From NCBI GenBank assembly GCA_943704425.1, contig CALSCP010002017.1:80285-129294 (forward strand): 49,010 nucleotides of DNA. Reading direction: 5' to 3'. Numbering within the stretch: the first letter of the stretch is position 1; each line of letters begins with the position of its first letter. Under the pieces are notes generated by a model that made no database searches, had not been told where the DNA came from, and saw nothing but the letters and a program-made list of their open reading frames with translations. Made by a program: the position numbers and the translations under genes. Origin of the DNA: Ministeria vibrans ATCC 50519. Taxonomy: Eukaryota > Protista > Filasterea. Positions 36,701 through 48,829 of the stretch are shown in pieces.

Positions 36701-36889
36701 AGAGATATTTTGTGTTTTTTTTTTTTTGCTTTATATATATCGAGGTCGTCGCATTGTTCAATATCTATTGACCAGTCTTTTTTGAGTTTTGACCTTTTGA
36801 CGTTTTGATTTGGGCTTTTTCAACGGATCAGCTCTGGCTCTGACTGTAATTTCAAATTTTTCTCCAATCATGGTCACGTTACGTACGAA

Positions 36890-37709
36890 ATGAAAGATGT
36901 TGATGTTCGTTTGCTCACCTGCCGGTCCTCTCGCCCTGTAGTACTTTCCTTTTTTGCGCTGATGGCGGGTGTCTCTGCGGCGCCCACTGCGACCCCCACA
37001 GCCTTTCTCACTGCCTCGCCGAGTCTCCAACGCACACAAGCGCTCATTGCGACGTCAACCGGGGTCGTTTCATCCTTCGCAATGCCCACTACCGCACAGG
37101 CGGCCTCGACCGCGAGAGTGTCCGTCGCGAGTCACAGCATGACCACACAAGAAGCGCCGCCACCGACCTCATCGGCCACCGTGCCACTCTCAAGCACGCC
37201 AGCCCCACAGCCTTCGTCGTCGGCACTGCCAATGCCCACTGCAACGTTCGCACCGTTGCCCTCCGCATCCGCGTCCGCCCCCGCTGCATCTGCGACTCCT
37301 ACGCCTCCGCCGCCTCCGCCTCCGCCGCCCCAGCCCGCCACCACTCATTTGAATGGCGGCGCAGTCTTCGGCATTCTCTTGCTTGTCTTTGTGACACTCT
37401 ACATCCTCATTGGCGTCCTTTACAATCGTCACCACGGGAAACAAGGCATTCAACAAGTACGTGATCATGATTTTGCCTTGTCGGTCTATTCATCACTGAT
37501 CACTTCACTTGACTCTTTTTTCTTTTGTCTAGTTCCCCAACCTTGAATTCTGGCGTTCCTGCCTGGGCGGCATCACCACCGGTGCCTTTGTCCTCTGCCA
37601 AAAGTGTCCCTGTCGGCGACGCTCGCCCGTCTACTCCCTCTCGTCCGACGACTCGTTCCGCCCTGGCGGCGCTTACTACGGCGGCGGCTACTACGACGAC
37701 GAAGAGTGA
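36890..37709 (+). CDS. Type I membrane protein: mucin-like S/T/P ectodomain plus M6PR/ATG27-like TM and cytoplasmic tail
   Basis: Hydrophobic leader and a Ser/Thr/Pro/Ala stalk. TM GAVFGILLLVFVTLYILIGVLYNR, then GKQGIQQ|FPNLEFWR..GAFVLC, which resembles CD-MPR GAKGMEQFPHLAFW. The tail has YSL and acidic YYDDEE. Confidence 0.65.
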
Positions 37710-38059
37710 TCCGACCATTTTTCGTCATCGTCGTTGCTCTTTATCACTATAATTATCCACTTTTGTTCAATATTAAACCTTTGACTGTGCGTCAAGTTTC
37801 AGTTTGTCTTACCAAATTTTCACATTTTCAAGACCCTGTTTCGACGTCGAGTGAGATTTACGACCTTTGTAAGGCATACATGTCTTGTATAAGTTAGCTA
37901 GGGTGTAGAGAAAGCTGCGAGATCTTATTGAGTGACTACTCTCAATTCTCTACTACAATCGATATTATATTCTATTCGATATCTCTTAATCTGTTAACAT
38001 TTTCTTTTGCCACTGCTCTCTCAGTCGCTTGCGTACTACTGTACTTCAATAAGAATTAA

Positions 38060-39115
38060 ATGTTTGCTGGCGCGTCTGGTGGGGCTGGATTTAAACCAGC
38101 AGGATTCGGCGCATCTGCTCCTGCTGCGCCTGCTCCGGGAGCAGGACCGCCTGCGTTTGGGGCCGCAGGGGCCGCTGCAAAGCCTGGCGGAGGGTTTGCG
38201 TTGAAAACGACACCGGGACAGTCGACAATGCCAACGCTTGGCGCGTCGGCGACTTCGACGACGTTTGGCGGCGCAAACGCTTCTCTTGCTGGTGCTGCTG
38301 CTGGCGGGACCAAGCCCGCGTTTGGATCGGCTACAGGTGCAAAGACAGCGACGCCAACCTTTGGCAATGCGGGTGCAGCCGCACCGGCAGCAGCAGCAAC
38401 AGCAGCAGGAGGATTTGGCGCAGCGTTGGCAAAGCCTGGAACGGCAGCCGCCGGAGCGGCCACCGGAGCAGCCAAGACTGCGTTTGGTACATCTACTGCA
38501 GGCGCGAGACCTGCGTTTGGTGCTGCCACGGGTGGGGCGGCATCTTTTGGAAGCGCAAAAGCAGCCGAGACGACCACACAACAGTCACAACAGCAGCAGC
38601 AACAGCCAGTGACAGGCGCAACCAAGTTTCAGGATCTTCCAGCGGCAGAAAAGCAAGCGGTTCTGGAGATTGGGCGACTGATTGAACAGCAGCGCCAAGC
38701 CAGCAGCAAGATTGCCTCGACATCAGACGAGACCTTTCAAGGGGCCGTCTCAAAGCTACAGGCCAAGTCGCACGCTCTGGGACTGGTAAGGGTATCGCAC
38801 TTTGTAGACAAGTCACTCACTTTGCAATTGTGGCATAGTGTGTAATTGCATTGCGAAACGACCTTGAGCGCGACGGAGCAGTGATCCGGCAGCTGCGGCA
38901 GGAGTCGGTGCATGACCTGCAGCTGGCGCAGACGGCCGGGCGGATGCCCATGCAGATGGCATCGCAGCGGGACCGCACGGTCGTCATGGGCTACTTCGGC
39001 GATGTGGTGCGCTCCTTTGAGGAACGCATGGACATCTACAGACATCACATTGAAGTACGGACTAAGTTGCAACTGTGGAGGAGCGACTGATTTTTTTTTA
39101 TCATTTTTTTTGGGT

Positions 39116-39168
<53 letters not shown>

Positions 39169-39993
39169 GTAGGAGCTGGAGAACCATCTGGCGAGCGAAG
39201 GGCAGCAGCAGAGTGTACCAACGCATCAGGCACTGTCCGACACCCTGCGCTACCAGAACGAGTCCTTCTTGGCCCTGGCGGCACGCGTTGCTCAGCTGCA
39301 CGAGCGCCTGAATGAGCTGCGCGAGGAGTACCTTCAGATGTACCGTGTTGATCCCAATCCATTTGCGGCGGCACGCAAGGAAAAAGAACACGCCGGTGAG
39401 TGAATTTTGTCTTGTGTGTGTGTGTGTGTGTGTCTTTCTACATGTGATTTTTTTTTTCAACTGATTGCTTTGGCTTTGTGTGTTCTGTAGCGAAGAAGAA
39501 GGCTGCTTCGGCGGCGGCACGGCTGCCCGCCGCCATTATGGTTTCCAATGCACATCACCAGCAGCAGTTGCAGCAGCAACAGCAGCAGCAGCAACAACAA
39601 CAACAGCAGCAGCAGAGCCGTCTTGGCGGAGGGTTTGGTACCTCGTCGACTGGTACCACGTCTGGCTTTGGCGCTGGTGTGGGTGCTGGGCGCCCAGCAC
39701 CACTGCAGTTAGGCGCCACCACAGGTGGACTTGGTGCTTCCCGACCCACCACAACCACTCTGGGGGCAACAGGGGGCTTCGGTGTCTCACAACCAAGGCC
39801 TGCAATGGGAGGTGCTTTGGGCGGCTTTGGCACTCAGGGAGCCGCCCAACCTGCCTTTGGCACGAGTGGCGTTGCTGCGGGAGCAGCTCGGCCGACGTTC
39901 GGTGCATCCACTGCTGCTGCTGGCGGCGCTGGATTTGGGCGGACTGCAAGTGCTTCGTTTGGGCAAGCAGGACAGCCTTTGTTGAAACGATAG
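38060..39993 (+). CDS. NUP58: FG nucleoporin, Nup58/Nup49-like (multi-exon)
   Basis: N- and C-terminal (P)AFG/GGFG repeats flank a coiled coil starting TKFQDLP..IEQQ; YF..V..FEERM..YR..IEELE, FLALAARVAQLH, DPNPF. Confidence 0.75.
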
Positions 39994-40048
39994 ACTGTTA
40001 TTCAAAAATAATTCAAATTATAAACAGTAAATTCATCCATTCACAACA

Positions 40049-40503
40049 ATGTCATCGTGGGGAGACGAAGTTGCAAGCTCGTCTGCGGACGGTGCTGGAT
40101 CGGGCGCTGGAGCAGCGGACGCGCGTGCGGCGCTCAAGGCCAAAGTCGAAAAGCTCGAAGGCACGATTACACGACTGCGCGAGGACATCATTGCGGCCGC
40201 CGAGGATCCTTCCAAGATCGACAAACTCGACCGGCAGCTGACCATGCACGAGGCTGCCCTGACGTCCACCAAGGAGGAGCTCGCGGCGCTTGGTCCCGCG
40301 GTCGACGAAGTCTCTGAATCGGTAATCGAAAAAAATCCCTTCTCCTCTCCTCCTCCAACCATTGTTTCGCTCCACTCGCCACGCTTTCGACTGGAACGAG
40401 TTATATTTGGTGACTCGCGCGACGGTTGAAGAACGATTGAACGTCTCTCTTGCGTGCGCCGTTACGTTTTGAAACGCACACTCACGTTTCACTCTCTCTC
40501 GCT

Positions 40504-40601
<98 letters not shown>

Positions 40602-42940
40602 CTCGCAGCTTGGCGGTCTCACCACCGGCAGCGCAGGTAGGAAGGAGAGCGTGCACATACAGGCGGGGCCCTCTTCGTGGCTCATCGGGTCATCTCTTAA
40701 CACGTTTGTTTCGCGCAGAGGAGCCGGTGCACGATGTGACCGGGTTCAGCACAACGAATCTGGAAGTGATCGTCGAGCCTGCGGACAAGTCAGCGCCCAT
40801 TGTGAGTGCGACCAAGTTTGAAGAGCTCAATCTGTACGTGTTTCGAATGGGATGGGCCGAGGTGGTGAGCATGCTGATCGCTGTCTTGATTGTCCACAGG
40901 AGTCCCGAAGTGCTCAAGGGCGTTTACGCGTTGGGCTTCCAAAAGCCATCACCTGTTCAAGAGAAGGCTTTGCCTATCATTCTGGGCCAGAAGTAAATTA
41001 CATGAACACTTACTCACGCGCACTTCATCACATTGTGCACTGACGATTTTTTTTCCGACGTCGCAGGCCAGGGAATTTGATTGGGCAGTCGCAGACGGGC
41101 ACGGGCAAAACGGCGGCACTCGCTATCGCGATTATGGCACGCGTAGACCCCACCAAGAACTTTCCTCAAGCGCTCGTGGTGTCGCCGACGCGCGAGCTGA
41201 GCCGGTCGACGGCTGCCATGGCAACGACCATTGGGCAGTTTACAGGGATCAAGGTTAAGGAGGCTGTCCCTGAGCTGGGCAAGGCGGGCGCAGTGCGCGA
41301 GCAGGTCATTATTGGCACGCCGGGCACCGTGCGCGGCTGGATCACCAAGCGCCACTTTGATCCTCGCAAGATTACCGTCTTTGTCCTTGACGAAGCCGAG
41401 CAGATGCTCGAGACACAAGGCTTTGCGACCGATAGCGAAGCCATCAGAAAGTATGTGTGTGATTGTTTCTCTTTATATCATTTTATCTCTTTCTATCTGT
41501 CACTTTCTCTATCACTTTACCACTTTCTCTCTATCACTTTACTTCTCTCTCTCGAGCACTTTACTTGTCTCTAACAATACTTCTCTCTGTATTACTTTAC
41601 CACACTCTCTCACTATTCTCTCGTTCTCTTATGCGCGTGTTCTATTGTGTATAGAATGCTTTCTGCGTCCTGTCAGATTGTGCTCTTCTCAGCGACCTTT
41701 TCCGATCAGATCATGAAGGTGCAAAAAAAAAAAAAACACACACACAGATAACAATAATTATATTATTTACTACATTTTTTTTTTTGGTATTTACTGACTT
41801 TTGATGTTTAATGTAGTTTGCAAAGCGCGTAGTGCCTAATCCGAACGTAATTACCATCAAGCACAATGACCTGTGGCTGCCCAACATTAAGGTACTGAAA
41901 CGGCATGTGTGTGTGTGAGTGTGTGTGTGTGTGTTTGTAACTGACTCGGTGCGCTTTGTACACAGCACTACCTGATTGACTGCAAGAGCAGCGAACATCG
42001 CTATGAGGTGCTAAGCACACTGTACGGACTGTTCCCCATTGGGCAGGCGATGATCTTCTGTGGCACCCGTAACGTCGTCGACTCCCTCACCGCCTCCCTT
42101 GTGCGCGACAACCACAAAGTGTCCAAGACACACGGAGTACGTACACACACATCCACATACACACACAAACAGACAGACACCACACATAGACACACCACAC
42201 ACACACACACTCTCTCTATCACTTCGTTTCTTTCCTCCTCCTCCTCTCTCTCTATCACTTTGTTTCTTTCTTCCTCCTCTCTCTCTATCACTTTGTTTTT
42301 TTTCTCCCCTCAAACTATCACTTCGTTTCTTTCTTCCCTCTCTCTATCACTTTGTTTCTTTCTCCCCTCTATCACTATGTTTGTTTCTCCTCTCTCTCTC
42401 TCTGTCTTTTTCTCTCTCTCAACATCCACTAACAACACATGCTTACAACGCACTCCCTCTTTTTCTTCGTTGTGTGTGCAGGGTGGTGATGCGGCTGATC
42501 GCGACCGCATCTTCAAGGAGTTCAAGGACACCAAGACCAAAGTGCTCGTGACAACCAATGTGCTGTCGCGCGGCATTGACGTTGCGCAGGTCAACGTTGT
42601 CATCAACTACGACCCTCCTCTCACTCAGGACAGTCGTCGTGCCGTCGTCCCCGACATCAGCTCTTATGTCCACCGCAGCGGCCGGACTGGTCGTTTTGGC
42701 CGAAAAGGTTTGAATCCGTCGTCTCTCTGTGTGTATTCAATTGTGCTCACTCTAAACCCTCATTTCTCATTTCTTTCAGGCGTCGTCATCAACTTTGTGT
42801 ACGATGCGAAGACCCGAAAAGACTTTGCGGTGATTGAGAAGGTCGCTATGGAGAAGCATGGGGCGCCCGCGGCCGTGCGCATTGCTAATCCCGACGACGA
42901 CGCTGAGCTCGAGCGCGTCATGAAGTCCCAATTCGATTGA
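40049..42940 (+). CDS. DDX19: DEAD-box RNA helicase DDX19/DBP5 (multi-exon)
   Basis: FEELNL|.PEVLKGVYALGFQKPSPVQEKALP, NLIGQSQTGTGKT, SPTREL, IGTPG, VFVLDEAE, LFSATF, IGQAMIFC, KVLVTTNVLSRGIDV.QV, YVHRSGRTGRFGRKG. Confidence 0.9.
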
Positions 42941-42985
42941 GTTGACTCGGAACTTCCAAAAAGTTTGTCAAGTGATTTTTTTTTG

Positions 42986-43755
42986 TTATTGAGTACAATG
43001 GTCAATGTTTGCCAGAACAAGATCAGCAAGGTCCTCATCAGCATAGAGCCACTCCAGAGTAAGCTGGTGGGGACGGGAAACGGAGAGGGAAAGGGAGCGG
43101 AGGGTGAGAGTGTTGCCATCGAGACGCACAGGAAGAGACGGAGGCAGCATTCGCGAGACGGCAAGGAGCACATCGTACGCCGCATGCATCTTACTCGGAC
43201 CGGTGCTACTACTACTACTGCTACTTGATTGTTGTTCTCGAAGGTCACGCACTTGGACAAAGCGAATGTGGTGGGTGGTCAGGCCGGCCATGCGCGCCGC
43301 TGTCTCGCCCTCCACAACCCGCACCCGGCCATCGCCCGTGTCCACCACACACCCGTCCACCCGCCCTCCGCGCGCCACTCCCAGACACTCTCCTCCTCCT
43401 CCTCCTCCTTCTGCCATTCCTTGCTCTGCTTCTTCTTGCCTTGCAACCTCATCATCTCCTCGCAAGAAACTCGTTGAAAGTGCGACCTACGACGCACACA
43501 AAAAAAAAAGTCAAACACAAAACGCGCTATAATGTCTTTTCTTACCTCAATATCCTTTTTCTGCTCAATAGTCACGACAGACCCGTTCGGAGGATCAAAC
43601 ACCGCCACTCCAAACTCCCGATTGAGCTTCACTCGCAAATGCTCCATTTTACGCTTCTCTCCGTGCACCAGCATCACATTGCGCGGCTGTGCCATCCCAA
43701 TCAACTGTGCGATCCCTTTAGCGTCTGCGTGTGCGCTAAACGACATGTTTTGCAC
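42986..43755 (-). CDS. INTS11: Integrator subunit 11 (CPSF73L), last two exons only
   Basis: MSFSAHADAKGIAQLI...PRNVMLVHGE..KM..L...P.NG..V (RMMBL region) and C-terminal W.Y.DEDL. The MBL/beta-CASP exons are absent from the window. Confidence 0.85.
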
Positions 43756-43791
43756 CTGAACAGAGAGAAAGAACAGGCACAGAAATAAGAA

Positions 43792-43796
<5 letters not shown>

Positions 43797-43879
<83 letters not shown>

Positions 43880-44130
43880 GGAAAGAAACAAAGTGATAGT
43901 GAGAGAAGGACACTAAGTGATAGAGAGAAGGACACTAAGTGATAGAGAGAGAAGGACACTAAGTGATAGTGAGAGAAGGACACTAAGTGATAGAGAGAGA
44001 GGAGGGAGATAGAAACAAAGTGACAGATAGAGAGAGAGGGAGACGAAAGAACAAAAGAAAGAGAAGGAAAGGTGTAAGGTTAAGATTGAAACAGTGTGAT
44101 AGAGAGAAAGAGTACAATAGTGATAGAGAG
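43797..44130. repeat. (GA)n run plus gagaaggacactaagtgatag and aaacaaagtgatag minisatellite units
   Basis: Seen directly; lies at the junction between the truncated INTS11 and Ku70 genes. Confidence 0.9.
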
Positions 44131-44180
44131 ACATGCTCCCTCGAATGTGAATGTTTTTTATTTTTGGATTTGTTCAACAG

Positions 44181-44375
44181 TCTAGACGAGACGGACTTTG
44201 AGCGAATCAAAAACCTCAAGGAAATGTCAACGTGGGACAGCTTGCGCATTTCTCAATCGTTTGGCCAACAGTCGAGCAAAATACACATTGGAAATGCGCT
44301 CTGGACAGCCTCCACCATTTTCAGCTCAGTTCCCAACACAAACACGTATCGTTTTAAAATAACAACAACAACAAC

Positions 44376-44410
<35 letters not shown>

Positions 44411-44414
44411 TGAC

Positions 44415-44449
<35 letters not shown>

Positions 44450-47028
44450 ATTAATAACAATAATAAATTAATAAAAAAATTATTAATAATTTATTATTAG
44501 TTTTATTATTAATTTTTTTAAAATTTCAACTCATTTTTTTGTTCTTTTTGCACTTTTTATTTTGTCTAGAGAACGAGAAGTGTTTCTTTTCACCAACGAC
44601 CCAAACCCCCATGTGGACGACGACCACGGAGCCCAAGCGGTAAATCATTTGTGTTTTTTTTTCACGCAACCTATGTTAATGATACACTCGTTCAGGCTGA
44701 GAACCGCGCCTCAATACTACAAAATACTGGTGGTGGGGGTGCCTTTTATGTGTTTTGCGCCACACCCGTACGAAACATGATAATGAGAAAGAGAAAGAGA
44801 ACAAAAGTAGAAGTAATGTGTAATGTTTTCTCTTTTGTAGTATGGTGGAGTGCCTTTTGACTACACACAGTTTTATCATCGCGTTGAAAAGTCTCGCGAA
44901 GACGAGTACGTCAAAGAAACACACACCACCTACTCGGTGGCACAGCTCAAGCGCAAAATGGAGGAGAGGGTGGTACGAGACGGAAAGTCTTTTTTGGTCG
45001 ATCTTGATCTTGTTGTTGATGTGTAGACGCCCAAACGAGTGCTGAAGCGACTTAATATGCAGTTGGGCGAGGGTATTGAATTGAGTGTACGCTTGTACAA
45101 ACTGATCGCGGAAAAGAGAAAGGGCGCTCGAGTCAAACTCAACAAAAGGTAATAACACCACACCGTCAGAGAGAGAAAAGGTTGCGACACGATTTAAATG
45201 GCGTTTCTTGTGTGGTAGTACCAATGCCATTGTACGCTCAGTAACGCGCACAGTGGACGGAACTACCGGCGAGCCCTTGCTTGACGCCGACATCAAACAC
45301 TCGCTGGGCTACGGCCCTCTCTATCCGTCTAACCATCCCATTCAAAGAACCCTCCAGCTCGGTTACATTTCTGTACGACTCATTTCGTTTCACATTCTTT
45401 CTCGGGAAGTTTATTATTATTATTGTTTTTTGTAGGCCAACTTTTCCGCCGATGAAGTCAAAAAGATCAAGTACTCAATTGCAATGAGGATTCATCTTGT
45501 CCTAATAATTGTATTGATGTTTCTGAATCATTATGTGTGTAGGACACTCACTCCACCTGGAATATACTTTATGGGCTTCAAGAGTCTTGTACGAATGGCA
45601 GCTTCCAATCAAAGGCATGTTGTAAACAAAACTTGTGGTGTTGTAGGATCGACTGAAGGACCACCACTCAGTGCGAGAGAGCATCTTTGTGTATCCTGAC
45701 GAGAGCGCAATCAAGGGATCCACTGCTCTTTTTGTGGCACTCCACGAACAGTACGCACAAAACAAAACAAGCCAAGAAGAGGATGTAATAGTCACAACTG
45801 AGTATTCTTCTCGATCACTGGTTCTTTTTTTCTCCTTTCGCCTTTCTTCTTTCTCCTTTCTCTCTCTCTCTCTTTCTCTCCCTCCCTCTCTCTCTCTATC
45901 CCTTGTGAATGGTGTGTATTTTAAGTATCATTATTATTTTAAATTAAGTTTATTTATATTGTCGTTAGAATGCTTGAGGAGAATCTCATGGCAATTTGTC
46001 GCTACACCTCCACAGTGGGAAGTCGTAAGAGGAGAGAGCTTGTCATTGTGAGTTTCTTACTAAAATCAATTTTCATGTAGCTCCTCAATTTGTTGCACTC
46101 GTGCCGCAAGACATTGTGTGCTCTGACATTGCAGTGGTACGGAATATTACACCAGCTGTGTTTGCAGAGCTTTTTCTCATTTCCCTTACAGGAGGTCCCC
46201 GCTGGCTTTCACATGATCTTCCAACCCTTCAAAAATGACCTGCGCAAACTCGAATATGAGCCCGTGTCTCACCCAGGCACGCACACTCCAATATACTATT
46301 CTTACTTTGCTAAACACGCGACTTACTGCTCTTGCTTTCTCATTGTATTATTGATTAGCGACCGACGAGCAAGTCGACTTGGCCTCTGCGCTGATTGGTC
46401 GTTTGACCAAGAGCTATCAACCGCATCTCAAACTCAACCCAAGTCAGACATTGCGAAGAACAAAAATGCATCTTTGAACTCATGAGTCGTGTGTAGTGCT
46501 CGAGCGACATTATCAGGCGTTGCGTGCAGAAGTACTGGATGTGGATGTGCCCGATGACGTTGTTGACAATGCCATGCCTAATGAGGAAGCAATGCAGAAG
46601 CGGTGAGTTGCCTAATCGTGCGCACAGCGCCGTTTATCAAATTATTAATGATTATTATATTTTAATATAATAAAAATATTTTTTTTGGCAGCGCGGGTGT
46701 GGAGATGGATGCTTTTTTGGCAGGCGTCTACGATGCCGACTACGACCCGGAGACTGTGAAAAAAGCCGCTGTGAAGCGAGGGGCGGATAGCGAAGCAGCA
46801 GGACCGGCTGCAAAGCGGGTCAAAGCTGAAGGTGACATGGACATGGTGGGAATGATAGCAGCTGTGTCGTCCGGTGCGGTGGAGGGCATGACGGTGCCTG
46901 TGCTCAAGGCGTTTCTCACCAGTGAAGGTGTCAAGGGGCTGTCCAAGCTGAAAAAGGCGGACCTCGTGCAAAAGGTCAAAGACGTGTGTGCCGGTGACGT
47001 TGCAGGCACAGTAAAAAAGGAGGAATAA
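44181..47028 (+). CDS. XRCC6: Ku70 DNA end-binding subunit with C-terminal SAP domain (N-terminal exons missing)
   Basis: NALWTASTIF, VFLFTNDPNP, GIYFMGFK, SIFVYPDESAIKGSTALFVALH, PQFVALVPQ, PAGFHMIFQPFKNDLR, ATDEQV, NP.LERHY, SAP motif MTVPVLKAFL...LKKADLV. Confidence 0.9.
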
Positions 47029-47320
47029 ACAAAAAAATATTATACTCTTCATTTATTATTAGTAATAAATAAAGTGAAAAGTGTACTTGAGTAGACGAAA
47101 ATGAAAAGAATAAAATACAATGAAAAGTATGAATACCATACGGTTATTACGTTCAACTTCCATAATAGTTTATTCCCTTGGTAATACGTCTTAAGAATAA
47201 TAATAATTATTATTATTATTAGTATAATAATATTATACTGTTACTAATTACGATTACGACGTCTAGAACACGTCTCCTATTCTTTTTTCTCTCTCTCACG
47301 TCTTATTATTATACTTCACT

Positions 47321-48762
47321 ATGGCAGACAAGTCGGCGCCACCGGGCGCACTGCGTCTGCAATGGATTTACGGCTATGGCGGACATGGTCGCCGTGACAA
47401 CCTCCATTTCAACGCAGCCAAAGAAGCCGTCTACTTTGCAGCGGGCGCCTGCATTGTCTACAACGCCAAGGTAAGGGTGGTGTCTGCAATGCGGCGCGCC
47501 CGCTTATTGTTTGCTTTTGGACTTTTTTCCTCAGGAGCATTTGCAGCGATTTTTTCTCGGTCATGACGATGACGTTCTGTCGCTCTCCATGCACCCCGCC
47601 AAGACACTGTGCGCTTCGGGACAGATTGGAAAGGACCCCTATGTGTGTGTGTGGGACACGCACACGATGGAGACGGTCTCGATTGTGCGCGACAAGGCAA
47701 TGACGCACGGCGTGAGTGCGCTTGCGTTCAGTGCTGACGGAACACGTCTCGCCACGATTGGCTGCGACACGGACCACACGCTCATTGTGTGGGACTGGAA
47801 GAAGGGCACCAAGATTGCCGTGAACAAGGGCGGCCAGGCCAATATCTTCGGCGTTGCCTTCAATCCAGGTTGGACTGTCCGTCTGTGTTTTGGTTGTTTA
47901 CGTTTTGCTTCTTCTCTGCAGTCGACTCGTCTCGCCTCGTCACCTGCGGCATTCGTCATGTCAAGTTTTGGCGCTTTTCAGGCAACACGCTGGACAAGAA
48001 AGCGGGTGTTTTTGGGAGCAAAGCGGAGCAGCACGACGCACTCAGTCTCGTCCACTCGGCAGATGGCACGTCTCTGTACACCGGAATGGGCAACGGTCTT
48101 GTCTACAAGTAAGAGAGAGGGAGCAAACCTAATCATAGCAGCATATACGTGATGGATTGTGCACTTAGGTGGCAGGACAACAAGGTGGTGTCGACGGTGG
48201 TGGCGCATGGCAAGTCGCCTGTTCAGGCACTCTGCTATCACACAAACGGAAGTGACGACGAGGCGACGACGACCTTTGTGTCGGGTGCGTCGGATGGCAG
48301 TGTGCGACTGTGGGACAGTGACTTTGCCGAAGTACTGGACACGGTCGAGGTAGCAAAGCAAATGGACGATGCGCTGGATGTGTGTGTGCGAAGTGTGTCG
48401 TTGAGTGGCAAGCGCAACCGTGTGCTGCTGGTAGGCACGCAGGGTGGCGATGTGCTCGAGTGCCAGCTGACGGGCACACGACTGGCGCGCGTTCTCGTGC
48501 GCGGACACGCCAAGGGAGAACTGTGGGGCCTGGCAGTGCACGCAACCAAGGCTGCCTTTGCCACAACCAGCGACGACGGCACACTCCGTCTGTGGAACTA
48601 CGACAAGAACGAACTGTCGCGCGTCACGCGTCTTCCGCCCAAATGTGCTGGTCGCTCTGTCGCACTCTTCCACAATCACATTGCCGTTGGACTCAACACG
48701 GGCGCCTTTGCCGTGTACGCCGCAAAGGACCTCAAACTTCTCAAGACTGTGAAAGACCGAAA
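47321..48762 (+). CDS. EML6: Echinoderm microtubule-associated protein-like 5/6 (HELP + WD40), continues beyond the window
   Basis: MADKSAPPGALRLQWIYGY.GH..RDNL..AVYFAAG..IVYN|..QRFFLGHDDDVLSL.MHP, GH..GELWGLAVH, TSDDGTLRLW. EML5 and EML6 cannot be distinguished from this fragment. Confidence 0.85.
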
Positions 48763-48829
48763 GGTAAAAATGTCTCCAACTCTTCCTTCATACACACACA
48801 CTCACATATAGTCCCTCTATCTATCTTTT

